Assembly: GCF_001194135.2 (NCBI RefSeq)
Contig: NC_068997.1
Coordinates: 23,779,371-23,833,893 of the forward strand
DNA from: Octopus bimaculoides
Lineage: Eukaryota
Length of the DNA stretch: 54,523 bases
Direction: 5' to 3'
Shown here: positions 14,554 through 27,247 of the stretch, piece by piece
Layout: the number at the start of each line of letters is the position of its first letter
Position numbering within the stretch: position 1 is the stretch's first letter
Translations under genes and position numbers: made by a program
The notes under the pieces: generated by a model
The model's input: only the letters and a program-made list of their open reading frames with translations
What the model was told of the DNA's origin: nothing
The model's database searches: none

Positions 14554-14806
14554 AAGAGCAATAAAAGGAGCAACTGCTACTAAACCAACACTTCACACTT
14601 GGAAACTAACAATAAGAGCAACGGAAAAAGAAAAGAAAAACTACATCAGCCAAAACCAACAACAACGACAACACATGGGCCAAACTCTAACTACAACAAC
14701 AACTTCACAATAACAAGAAGGATAAAGAAGATCAACAACAAAACACAACAAAAAATAAGGAAAAGAACACGGATAACAAGAACAACAACAGTGACAACAA
14801 CGACAG

Positions 14807-14839
<33 letters not shown>

Positions 14840-14870
14840 CAACGAGAAAAATATAAAGAACAGAAAACAA
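13190..14870. repeat. Compound trinucleotide microsatellite field (AAG, GAG, AAT, AAC, ACC, ATC, GTC, TAC, AGC) with an internal gap
   Basis: Directly visible; explains the poly-K/F/D/T/Y ORFs. Confidence 0.95.
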
Positions 14871-15060
14871 GGAGGGAGAAGGAACGGGTGAGAAAAGCGT
14901 TAGTCCTGTGATAAGCCATATTAATAACGCTAGATATTTGTGACAAAAGCTATAAGCAAAGTTAAAATTAATGATCCTTTCGTTGAATTGAATTAGCGCC
15001 GTCCGCTTCGTTAAACACTGTAGCAAACCAATGGGTATTTATGCTAAAGGGGCTGCTAGA

Positions 15061-15116
<56 letters not shown>

Positions 15117-15276
15117 GTATAAGTATTTTACGCTAAACGGGTAAAATGTATGTATGTATGTGTGTGTATGTGAGAGAGCGAGAGTGGGTATTTATACTAA
15201 AATATTATATTGTGTATGTGTGACTGAATATATATGTATGGGTTATATATGTGTATGCTAAAGTTATATGTGTGTA

Positions 15277-15307
<31 letters not shown>

Positions 15308-15851
15308 GTGTAACGCTATGTGTATGTGTGTGCTTTGTTCGTTGAAGTCTCTAAAAAGTAAAGGCTCTCGGTAAAGTTGTTGGTGGGTAAGATGGTAAGG
15401 AAAACAGCGGATAAAAGAGTGATAAGAGAAAGAGGAGTAGGTAGGAGGAAAAAAGAGGAGGAGGAGGAGGATGGGGGTGAGATAGTGAATGGTGTAATGT
15501 GAGACATATAAAGATAGTGAGAGCCAGAGAATGGAGGAACGGGAGTAAGGGATTGAATTATATAGAGAGGGAAGACGAGACGGTGAAGAGAAGATTTAAA
15601 AGGAAAATAGAGACAGTGAATATAAAGTGAGACAGTGAATGACAAGCGAAAAAGAAGAGGGAGAGAAATTGGAGAGGATTAGTGAGAGGGAAGGAATTGA
15701 AAGGATTCAGATAGGGAGAGACTGGAAAAGAGAAGTACTGAAGTATAAAGGTAGTAGTGACAGATACAATGATGATACAGAAAGAGGAAGATAGTGATAG
15801 AGAGGGGTAGGAAAGAAATTACTTTGGGAGAGATTGACTGAAATGTAAAGC

Positions 15852-15897
<46 letters not shown>

Positions 15898-16440
15898 GAG
15901 AGACAGAGACAGACAGAGCGACAGATAAAGACAGACAGAGAGAAAGGGAGAGAGAGAGAGAGAGAGAAAGGCGGACAAACAGCCACAAAGTAACAGAGAG
16001 AAAGAGAGGAGAGAGAGGGAAAGTATGAGAAGAATGTGGCAGACTAATTGACAGNNNNNNNNNNNNNNNNNNNNNNNNNNNNNNNNNNNNNNNNNNNNNN
16101 NNNNNNNNNNNNNNNNNNNNNNNNNNNNNNNNNNNNNNNNNNNNNNNNNNNNNNNNNNNNNNNNNNNNNNNNNNNNNNNNNNNNNNNNNNNNNNNNNNNN
16201 NNNNNNNNNNNNNNNNNNNNNNNNNNNNNNNNNNNNNNNNNNNNNNNNNNNNNNNNNNNNNNNNNNNNNNNNNNNNNNNNNNNNNNNNNNNNNNNNNNNN
16301 NNNNNNNNNNNNNNNNNNNNNNAAGAGAGGAGAGAGAGGGAAAGTATGAGAAGAATGTGGCAGACTAATTGACAGGAGAGAAACGTGAGAGAGATAGTAG
16401 TGTTTGAAAGGAAGTTGCAGATGAAACGCTACGAAGCGAT

Positions 16441-16560
16441 ACAGTTATTTAACTGCGGCTATGCTGGAGCACTGCCTTTTAGTTGAAGAAATCGACCCCA
16501 GAACTTATACTTTGCAAGACCGGTATATAAGTACCGTTTATTTTCAAGCGATGGTGGGGT
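16441..16560 (-). mobile_element. SINE 3' fragment, same family as 22441-22527
   Basis: ACTGCGGCTATGCTGGAGCACTGCC...AATCGACCCCAGAACTTAT is the reverse complement of the 22441-22527 motif. Confidence 0.65.
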
Positions 16561-16616
16561 GGGGGGCAAATACAGACACAAAGGCATACACACACACACG
16601 CACATATATATATATT

Positions 16617-16738
16617 CGACGGGCTCCTTTCACTTTCCGTTTAGCAAATCCACTCACAAGGATTTGGTCGCGCCGAGGCTATATTAGGAGATACTTGCCC
16701 AAGATGCCACGCAGTAGGACTGAACCCGGAACCATGTG
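16617..16738 (-). mobile_element. CORE-type tRNA SINE, head lost in gap
   Basis: Minus strand reads GGTTCCGGGTTCAGTCCTACTGCGTGGCATCTTGGGCAAGTATCT (B-box plus CORE-like CTTGGGCAAG); related to 29826-29975. Confidence 0.75.
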
Positions 16739-19700
16739 NNNNNNNNNNTGTATGTATGTATGTATGCATGTATGTATGCATGCATGCATGTATGTATATG
16801 TATGTGAAGAGAGAGAAGACGAAGAATTGAGGTATTTAACAATACAAAAAGAGAAGAGAGAGAAGGTGTGCTTATGAAAATGAAAAGTTTGATTCACAGA
16901 AAAATGAAAGAAAAAATGAGTGACAAAGTGAGGGTGAAAATGTTTATATGTGTGTGATAATGAGCGAAGGTGAATCAGAAAATGGTTTCATATCACATAT
17001 ATAAAGCTCTTGCTTAGTTTGTACCTGTAGGCACATGCGTGAGTATGTCTGCATATATATATACATGTGTATGTATGAGTGTGTGCGTGCGCATGCGTGC
17101 GTGCGCATGCGTGCGTGAATATATCGAAAATAACCTAAATCGTGTAAACAGTTATTTCATGAATCTAATACCTATAAATATCATAAATAAAAGCACATTT
17201 GTATATACGCAGTTAAGTTTGATTTTTTTTTATTTGTGTGTTTTCTGGATTTGCATCTAAGTACCTATATTTACTTTCATAGCTCAGTTTAGAAGACGTA
17301 GAACAGCATCAATGACCTTCGTACAAAACATCTAAGCACGATTTAAATGTGTACAATACAATAGGTTTCAATAAAGGCACCAATGTACAAAATGGTGGTG
17401 TTAAACCAAGTCATTATATATATATANNNNNNNNNNNNNNNNNNNNNNNNNNNNNNNNNNNNNNNNNNNNNNNNNNNNNNNNNNNNNNNNNNNNNNNNNN
17501 NNNNNNNNNNNNNNNNNNNNNNNNNNNNNNNNNNNNNNNNNNNNNNNNNNNNNNNNNNNNNNNNNNNNNNNNNNNNNNNNNNNNNNNNNNNNNNNNNNNN
17601 NNNNNNNNNNNNNNNNNNNNNNNNNNNNNNNNNNNNNNNNNNNNNNNNNNNNNNNNNNNNNNNNNNNNNNNNNNNNNNNNNNNNNNNNNNNNNNNATATA
17701 TATATATATATAATATAGATTTAATCAAAAGATTAAATATATATATTTATATCGAACGGTTAGGGTATTTCTCTACGAATATCATCTTCCAAGTTTTATT
17801 TGAACGTAGAAATACATTTATCATTTGGAGTGCCACTTCCTCCAGTCTTTGTTACGACAAACGTAAGAAAGAAACCTTACTCCATTTGCTGATTGTCCTT
17901 GCTAAATTCGATTAAAGTCATGCACAATCGTCTTAAAATGGTCTATGCCTGTCGTGAGTATCACATGTGATACAGAAGACGTGTTTCCTTAGCGTCCATG
18001 CTTATACGATACACATTCCCAATTTTTTCCACCTACAAGTGTAACTTGGGACTATGAGAAAAGCTTTATATCATTTAGGACTTATTAATAAAGGCCTACC
18101 CAAAATTCTGTAAAAAGCTTGAATGTTGAGGATAAACTTATTGAAAATAGTTTGGTTAGGGTTGAAAGTGCTTATTTTCCACTAATTAAATAAATGACAA
18201 TGATGAAATGGCTGAAGTTCATTTCATAGATCTGGGCAGTAAGGGTTACTCTTGTGATAAGCAGATACAAGACAAACGGCAACAAGAATGTCTTAATAGT
18301 GATACGTGAGTAAATTTTCTGCAGAAATTGGTCAATCTTGTACAGCTGTTCTCAGACATTAATGATGTTGCAGACAGCTGAATGTTCTGTTGTTCTTGCA
18401 TTTTTCTTTTTGAGTGTTTGGAGGGATGGAGCAACGAAGTCTGATTGGATTAAAGCAGGTACGTAATAAAAGGTAGTCCAACTGCGACTATTCCATCGTT
18501 TTATGGCACATCTATCCTCATAGATATCTCGTAACATCCCATTTCTGAATTTGAAAACAAAAACGTTGTTTTTAAAGTAGGTTTAACAGCATATTGTGCT
18601 GCTAAATAGAAGCTGTGTGACGCAGAAGCTCTCTCACTGGTTCACATCTCACATAAATGCTCTGTTCATGATGAGGTGTGATCTGCTGGCGTTTGTATTA
18701 ATTTCATCTCAAGAAGAACTAGGGTGGTGGAGTGGGGGTTATTCAGTCATAATTATGGGGATGTGAGTGGCAGGATTGGGTGACTGTGTGGTGTGGGGAG
18801 TGAATGTGTGCTGTGCGGATTGAGTGTGTCTATGGTAGACAGAGAGCGAGGAAATACGAGGGAGAGAAAGAGAGAGAGAGGGAGAGAGGGAGAGAGAGAA
18901 CGGAGGAAGAGGGAGCGTGCAAGCGAAATATGCTGCACAGGAAGATAATTTGAAGATATATTTCTCGACACAATCCATTTTATGTTTTAACATTGAAGAC
19001 AAAAGGCAGTGACATTTTCTTTTTCTTTTACTGATTTCAATAATTGAAATTAGATCTTGCTAGAGTACCGTTTTCATAGGGTCTGAATATATCATCTCGC
19101 CCCATCCAAATCCTTTCTTACTTTATCGATGATCTCCTTATCGCAAAATGATTATTAGATACTGACTCTCATAACTATAAGGGTTTAGAACACATCCTGC
19201 GTCTTGGTTCTGGTACAGAACCTGGATTAAGGATCTTTAGCTATCATTACATAGTTTTATCATTCAACGACAGACCAAGAAACTGAATATAGTTTAAATC
19301 CAAATTGGAACTCTTTGAGCAGCCAGGTCATCGACTCAAAAGTATTGTCGCAAACTTTTGCAGCTAGTCCAGTTCGAAATGAAATACCCTACATTTAATT
19401 AAATCTCATCCCTGAGGAGTAAATGCGAAATATTCTAACATCTGGACAACCTTGTATCTTCATATTACTATGCTAGGATTGTGCTCTGCAGAGGTCACTT
19501 CAGTCACTGACCAGAGGTGCAAAACCCGGTTTCGTTTTAGTTCAGGCCGGATGGAAAGAATCGACGTACGTGTAAAGGGATGTAAACGAGATAGAATCAA
19601 ATTTCATAAAACGATTCTTTTTTCGTTCGATGCACCGATCTTCCTCATTGAACTAAACTGTACTCCGATGGTAGGTAAACATTAAACCTCTACATTTTCA

Positions 19701-20404
19701 CCGTTAACAACCTTTATTGATTTTGTTTTCGTTTAAAGTTGTCTCGTATTTTTTTCCTGTGTATACGACCGAACCAATATATTTAACAATTTTTGTCATT
19801 TTTTTTTTTTGTTTTTGAAAGATTCTTCATTTTAATCTCTTGCTTCTAGAATGGTAAATGTATTTGCTTTGTTCGGTTTGCAAAGCGGCTTTGTTAGAGG
19901 TTGAACGCTTTGTTCTTTTACATCTTTAATCACAAGAAAATTTATTTTCTCAAATGAGTGGTTAGAGTAAGTTCTGAGAATAGCTGTCTGCACATATATA
20001 AGTGTGTGTGTGTGTATGTGTGTGTGCTTCTTCTTGTGTGAGCGTTTTTTTTTCTTTCATGTTTGTATATTAAGTAAAGAAACTGACCTTGTTTCATGGA
20101 TATATGTAAGGTATTCATTTAAGACACAATTCGTCTCATCACTCCTTCGTTTAGTTATTGTCATATAATACTCTAATTGCTATTTTAAAATACATGACTG
20201 CCACAGCGTCTCACTCTTTTGTATCGATATTTCTCTTCACCTGGTACATATTAACAATCTAATAGAAATTCTCGCCCTGGTTTCTATCAGAATTCTTACT
20301 CAAATATTTTAACGATTTTATTCAAAGTATTAGAATTAATTTGACCTTGTGTCTAATAAAGAAATTATTATTATTATTGTTATTATTATTATTATTATTA
20401 TTAT

Positions 20405-20445
<41 letters not shown>

Positions 20446-20449
20446 CTAT

Positions 20450-20516
<67 letters not shown>

Positions 20517-20517
<1 letters not shown>

Positions 20518-20720
20518 AGGCGGCGAGATGGCAGAATTGTTAGCAATCCGTACAAATTTCTTAGCAGCATTTTGTCCGTCTTTACGTTCCGAGTTCAAAT
20601 CCCACCGAGGCCGACTTTGCCTTTTATCCTTTCGGGGTCGATGAATTAAGAACTAGTGAAACACTGGGGTCGATGTAATCGACTTAACCCCCTCCCACAA
20701 GCTACTCTTGTGGCAACAAT
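20517..20720 (+). mobile_element. Abundant tRNA-derived SINE (family A), near full length
   Basis: GGCGGCGAGATGGCAGAATTGTTAGC...GAGTTCAAATCCC...CTTTCGGGGTCGAT...CACTGGGGTCGATGTAATCGACTTAA; many copies elsewhere in the window. Confidence 0.88.
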
Positions 20721-20794
20721 TATTATTATTAATATCATTATTATTATTATTGAATTTCAGGCAAGCAACATCCTCCAGATATACGTACATACTT

Positions 20795-20854
<60 letters not shown>

Positions 20855-21969
20855 GTATTCTTATTGGAGGAACTTTAAATGGTTGCTCTTACCGTATTTT
20901 AGAGAATTACCATGACTTGGTTGAAGAATCGATGACTTCTCCACTGGGTGATCGCCTGACCAGAATGATTGCAACTGAGAGGACGCAACATAAAACAACT
21001 TGTTCCTATATCTAGGTATTAAATCAGGCGATATTTCAAATCTAGTACCTGAAACCATTCCTTCCAGTAGGCTTTCAGAATACACTTTTACTCTTTTACA
21101 ACAATTTTATCGCTTCCAGACAGTGGCAAAATAAATTTTCCCAAAGAGCCGTCTATGAGGATTGAACTCAAAACCATTAGCTGCAAAATGAATTTCAGAG
21201 CTTCACTGTAAAGATGAAATTAATAGTCCGGAGAAGTCTCTCGTCTCAGACATTTAAACATTTAATCACTTTTTCGTTTCGTCCAAAGAAAACGCTATTA
21301 ATTTCTCTATCCCATTCATAAGTGATAAACGGTGCCAATTACTTAAGTTTGTCTAATCAGTGATTTGCCAATGATAGCCCTAATCGATAAGTGATTAAAC
21401 CATATTCACTTCAGAACAGTTGTTCTGTAATCAATACAAAGACTAGAATTTTAGGTCTGTAAGACAATGAAGCAAACTTAGACACTAATATTGGTAATTT
21501 TGTGATGGCCTGCATCGACATGAATCGAGCTAAAAATTGAAAACTAAACGAGGTGTATAATTGGGATTAAATAGAGCGTTTCATACGGGTGTCTTTCCTC
21601 GGAGTGCATGGCGCTTCGACAACGTACGCACCCTTCAGTTTACTTATACATTTTGCAGAGATCGGTAAATGAATTAACACTTGAAGATGGTGGTGGATTT
21701 GTGTAATTGTAGGAGCACCGTGTGAAATTATCCTGTGGTAGATGTTCCGACTATTTAAGTTTTCAGTTCTCCTGCGACGACACAGGGGCGAAGCTCTTGT
21801 GGGCCATTTTCAATCTCGTAACATGATATTGGTGATGAGGACAGAGAAGAGGCTTGCATGCATTAACATTTGCTTGGGTTCTTTACAGTAATAATAATAA
21901 TAATAATAATAATAATGATAATAATAATAATAATGATAATGATGATGATGATGATGATGATGATGATAA

Positions 21970-22228
21970 TAGCAGTCTCCATGTGCTGTCTTTTTTCGCC
22001 TACAGAGTATCTCAACAGGCATGATAGAGCAGAACAATATATTCACTGGGTAATTTACAAAATCCTGGATATGCCCGATGATAAAAGCTGGTGGGAACAC
22101 AAACCACCACCAGTGCTTCAAAATGATCACATCTCACTCCTCTGGAACTTCAACATTCAAAACTGACAGAAAGATAGATGCGAATGAGCCAGACATTTTA
22201 TTGTGAAACTTCATACAAAAATCATGCC
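21970..22228 (+). mobile_element. R4/Dong-like (RLE-type) LINE fragment: RHD and PD region
   Basis: VSMCCLFSPTEYLNRHDRAEQYIHW...WWEHKPPPVLQNDHISLLWNFNIQ, a +1 frameshift, then TDRKIDANEPDILL*NFIQKSC. Confidence 0.85.
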
Positions 22229-22435
22229 AGACAAAAATCATATGAGCTTGTTTTAAAATTTGAGATTACATAGACAGTATTTTACGTAGGATATGGGCAG
22301 TTTCCATGAGCACTATCTTTTGAATTTCTGCCATTCTGGGGTATTCTGGTGTCTCAGCTAGGTAGCAATCAGCCTCTTTTGCTATCATTCCTAGCGCACC
22401 TATGACAACAGGTATCGTTTTAGTCTTCAGGCTCC
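22229..22435 (-). mobile_element. R4/Dong-like LINE C-terminus plus start of 3' UTR, inverted relative to 21970-22228
   Basis: Minus strand 22433-22266 reads SLKTKTIPVVIGALGMIAKEADCYLAETPEYPRMAEIQKIVLMETAHILRKILSM*, with the IPVVIGALG motif typical of RLE C-termini. Confidence 0.85.
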
Positions 22436-22440
22436 TGAAT

Positions 22441-22527
22441 AGGAATAAGTCCTGGGGTCGATTTGGTCGACTAAATGCGGTGCTCCAGCATGGCCACAGT
22501 CAAATGACTGAAACAAGTAAAAGAGAA
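22441..22527 (+). mobile_element. 5'-truncated SINE tail
   Basis: AATAAGTCCTGGGGTCGATTTGGTCGACTAAATGCGGTGCTCCAGCATGGCCACAGTCAAATGACTGAAACAAGTAAAAGAG, followed by (AT)n. Confidence 0.7.
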
Positions 22528-23389
22528 TATATATATATATATATATATANNNNNNNNNNNNNNNNNNNNNNNNNNNNNNNNNNNNNNNNNNNNNNNNNNN
22601 NNNNNNNNNNNNNNNNNNNNNNNNNNNNNNNNNNNNNNNNNNNNNNNNNNNNNNNNNNNNNNNNNNNNNNNNNNNNNNNNNNNNNNNNNNNNNNNNNNNN
22701 NNNNNNNNNNNNNNNNNNNNNNNNNNNNNNNNNNNNNNNNNNNNNNAAATGTAAACAAAGAAAAAACAACAAAGAAACCTATATTTCCATTCGTCCCATT
22801 AACTTTCATACATATTCAAAATTAAACATATATTTCAGTCATTCCCATCTTGTTTCCTAAATTCATTTAGCACCTGTACGATATATATAAATCAAACGAA
22901 TGATTCAAGAAAATCTTAAAAAATTAGCCATGACAAAAAAAAAAAAAAAAAAGGTAGAAGACAAATCTTAAGCAAATGAAAGGCGACGATCTTCTCAGTA
23001 AGTCTGATGTGTATTTAGAATACGTACATCAAAGGTATGGTAATGTTTTTTTACCTGTCTCCGAGCGAGTTAAATTGCCTTAAATTTGTGTTATTTTATG
23101 TACGTTTAGACAGAACAAGGAAAATAGATTTCAACACCCGTACGTGTTCACATAGAGATATGCGTACTAATATTTGCATGTGCATTCACAAGAATATATA
23201 GAACGCACACATACGCTTACAGACGCATGTAAGCTCACAAAAATAGACGCACAATGCAACTGCTACTACATATACATTTGTTTATATGTGTGCGTGTATA
23301 GATATACATACATTTATATATATTTACACATATATATATATGAATATATGTATATATATGCATATACATATATATATATATGTAAATAT

Positions 23390-23436
<47 letters not shown>

Positions 23437-24869
23437 TATATATATACATACATACAGACACATATGTGAGTGTGTGTATGTATGTCTGTATGTATGCATG
23501 CATGTATATGTGAGTGTGTAGTGATGAAGTATGTCTGAGTATATATAAATAATGGGGTGTAAAGTTTAACAGCTATAACGGCAACGAATAATAATTTATA
23601 AGGCATTCATTAAAACAAATGCCATGCACACACACACACATACACACACACACACGCACGCGTATGACTATACACATGTGCAAGATAGAATGTACCTGTG
23701 TGTATATGTGTTTGTAAGACATTTTAAACCATTAAAAGTGATAAATGGACAAACACATGCACACACATATGCACAAAAATACGTAGATATATCTATGCGT
23801 ATATGTTTATGTATATGGATGGATCTCCGTCAGTTTCGACGACGTACTTTTAGTTGGTTGACTAACGAATTTATCTGCTCCTGAATTAACACGCTAACGT
23901 CTAAAGATTTTACAAACCAGAACATTCTTTACGTCATTTTCAGACAAGGCATAGGTCAAACTGAAGCTATATAAAATGTCATTAGCCCATGGAGACAAGC
24001 TCTAAGGTCGAAACCAGGGTCTCATGCTTTGCATTGTGTGTGTCCTGAAGGAAATAAATTAAGACATAAATCCAAATGTATCTATGAGCCTGTATATATA
24101 TTTTAGTGTGTGTGCGTGTGTGTGTGCAAGGGGGTGTATGGAAGCAGGTTACACACCAGTTTCATCTCCTGTAAACACAAAACAATCTATAAACAACATA
24201 TACAATACTATGAAGTAGATCGACAGAGTAAAATTTATTGAATTTCCTGTTATAAGTTTCCTGTCATACCTATTCTGAAGCAATCGCTGAACTGAAGAAA
24301 TGAATTTATGTATGTAAATATATTCTTAACGGTTTAAAATTTAAAAAAAATTTAATAAAGATTTCATAAAGGCCGTTGAATATTCCACGACATTCTTCAA
24401 ATTTTATAAATTCTAATCTCCTAATTAACCTATGCATTACTATATGAGTGGTGCGACTGAAAAAAATACCATCCGCTCTGCCTGCACCACCAAAGCGCAA
24501 AGGAAGAGCATGTGGTTGCTTAAGAACAGCCTCTTTACCGAAGTAGATTAGTTCAAATTTATTCTCTTTTAAGCGAGTGTTTGTTCTCTTTTAGCCCATC
24601 GGGTAATAGAGAGTGGATCCGAGTTCAAAATACCCCGGCGTCGATCTTCAGAAGCTTAGAGTCATGCGCGGAAATTCTAATGTGGTTATGTTTAATGACC
24701 TCAATGATGTCATAAACCATAGCGGCATTGTGGGACACCAACGATGTCCCTAATTCTTCTTCAGTTGTCTACCAATTGGTAATACTTAGTTTCGCACCAT
24801 CAATGATAAGACTAAGAACTTCCCATATTGGCGGTGGCCGCAAAAATATGTGTATACATATTGTTGTTG

Positions 24870-25047
24870 TTGGCACTCCGTTGCTTACGACGTCGAGCGT
24901 TCCAGTTGATCCGACCAGCGCAACAGCCTGCTCATGAAATTAACGTGCAAGTGGCTGAACACTCCACAGACACGTGTACCCTTACCGTAGTTCTCGGGGA
25001 TATTCAGCGTGACACAGTGTGACAAGGCTGACCCTTTGAATTACAGG
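24870..25047 (-). mobile_element. SINE 3' tail, same tail as 3217-3540
   Basis: Reverse-complement match to about 3400-3540. Confidence 0.8.
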
Positions 25048-25128
25048 CACAGGCACATATATAAATACATATATGTATGCATATATATTTATATATCTGT
25101 CTCTCTGTCTGCCTTTGTATATGACCTC

Positions 25129-25176
<48 letters not shown>

Positions 25177-26843
25177 AGGTATGTATCGGCGCAGACGTAC
25201 GTACAAACAAAAAAAGATCGATATAAATGTATACATATAAATATGGATAAACATATACATATAGAAATACAACTAAAAATAGTAAAGAGATTCATATCCA
25301 CATACACTGACGAAGGGACAGACAGTTACAGGTAGATAACCAAACGAAAGAAGACACGAACATATTTGTGAGGAGAGATAGAAGAGCAAAACACACACAA
25401 ACAAACAACAATGTGAGTACATGCAAGATAAAGATGTATAAAAGAAAGTAACATAGCAGAGAGTACCAGAGAAGACAAGAAAGAGAGACGGTGTGTGTGA
25501 GAGAGAGAGAGAGAAAGACAGAAATGCAAAGAAAGACAGGTAGATACGCGTATAGGGAAAGAAACAGTTATGTATAGGTTGTCGCTCGAAAGGAGAGACA
25601 AAAGGAGAGTAAGAGATGTTTCTATGCCAATACGCCCGGTATCAACAATGTTGATGTCGTTTATTGCTATTTCACGTGTTTACGTGTAATTTGGGTGCGT
25701 TTACTTTGAACTGTCCAGTTATATCTACATCTTTACAAGCAGGCACATGGAACCTTTCAGCCACTGGCACGCACGCTTCACTTTGTTGCACGATTGGGTA
25801 TACGTGTGTGGGTGTACAGTTACACATACCGAGATACACTCATATAAACACACACACACACACACACAGTCACCCACGTTCAAATATATATACACACACA
25901 CATACGTACACATACACACACACACACACATGTATATACAGGCAAACGTATATATGTATATATATATATATATANNNNNNNNNNNNNNNNNNNNNNNNNN
26001 NNNNNNNNNNNNNNNNNNNNNNNNNNNNNNNNNNNNNNNNNNNNNNNNNNNNNNNNNNNNNNNNNNNNNNNNNNNNNNNNNNNNNNNNNNNNNNNNNNNN
26101 NNNNNNNNNNNNNNNNNNNNNNNNNNNNNNNNNNNNNNNNNNNNNNNNNNNNNNNNNNNNNNNNNNNNATATGTATACATATATATATATATATGGATAA
26201 CAAACTTGTGTCTGAATGCATATAATGTATGTGTGTGTACGTATATATACTTACACACATATGTGTGTGTATGTGTGTTGTGCGTGTGTGTCTATGTTTC
26301 TGTATATATGTATGTATATATAGCTGAATGTTTCTGTTCATGTTTATATAAAAGCGTGTATGTCTGTTTGTATAATATAGGTAAATAGCGATATGTCGCA
26401 TGATTTATGAAAACCAGGCTCCATAAATTTTAATTTGCCTAACAGTTACAGAATATATAAACCTCTGGGTATTCCATACCGGCGCTAAAAAGAAAATGTT
26501 AAATAATTTCAATTTTTTTCAAATTTAATTACCAAGGAGACACAAATTTCATACTGAGAAATATGTTAGCTGGAATTGTGAAGGCCAAAATAATCCGGTT
26601 TCGGTCGTATTACAGGCTCTTCATGAAGAATTGTGTTCTGAATTAGGCTATAACAATAGTCTTCGTCCAGAGGAGATGACCAATGTTACACACAAACTCA
26701 CACACACACACACACATACACGCACACACACACATAAACGCACACGCACACGCACACACACACACATACACGCACACACACACACATACACGTACTCACA
26801 TACTCACACACACAGAGATTTAAAACCAGTTGTTTTATTTCAC

Positions 26844-26874
<31 letters not shown>

Positions 26875-26884
26875 GCGTTTCGAA

Positions 26885-27100
26885 GGTAAGGACAATACGC
26901 GACTTCGTTGAAACAGCCTTTACCGCAAAGCAAATTAAATAAAATTTGCGAAGTTTTTGAGGAGGGTGAAATTGTTAACAAGAACAGGACAGTGAGAACA
27001 AGACGGTGGGGGCTGTTGAGCCAAGACGATGGAAAATTATTATGAACACAAGCAGAACCAGCCAAGTGAGGGAAGATAATGGACAGAATGATAGATCCTC
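26885..27100 (+). mobile_element. Possible highly degenerate mariner-type transposase N-terminal (HTH) remnant
   Basis: Across stops and frameshifts: TAKQIK* / ICEVFEEGEIVNKNRTVRTRRW / NQPSEGR, resembling AKEIH..ICEVYGEG...RTVRRW...DQPRSGRP. No TIR seen. Confidence 0.3.
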
Positions 27101-27153
27101 TTTCGTCGTATGTATGTATGTATGTATGTAGATATATATATATATTTATATGT

Positions 27154-27247
27154 GGAGGCGCAATGGCTCAGTGGTTAGGGCAGCGGACTCGCGGTCATAG
27201 GATCGCGGTTTCGATTCCCAGACCGAGCGTTGTGAGTGTTTATTGAG
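27154..27247 (+). mobile_element. tRNA-derived SINE head, remainder in gap
   Basis: A-box TGGCTCAGTGG (27164-27174), B-box GGTTTCGATTCC (27207-27218); no acceptor-stem pairing; head related to 49729-49975. Confidence 0.8.

Noticed and set aside
19050-19560. Ancient CR1/L2 RT remnant (YFIDDLL, MLGL) and a 77-aa ORF at 19452-19685
   Set aside because: Motifs too fragmentary to support without an HMM search.
27154-27233. tRNA gene
   Set aside because: A/B boxes are present but there is no acceptor stem, and the sequence continues as a SINE body; the same applies to 49900-49975.
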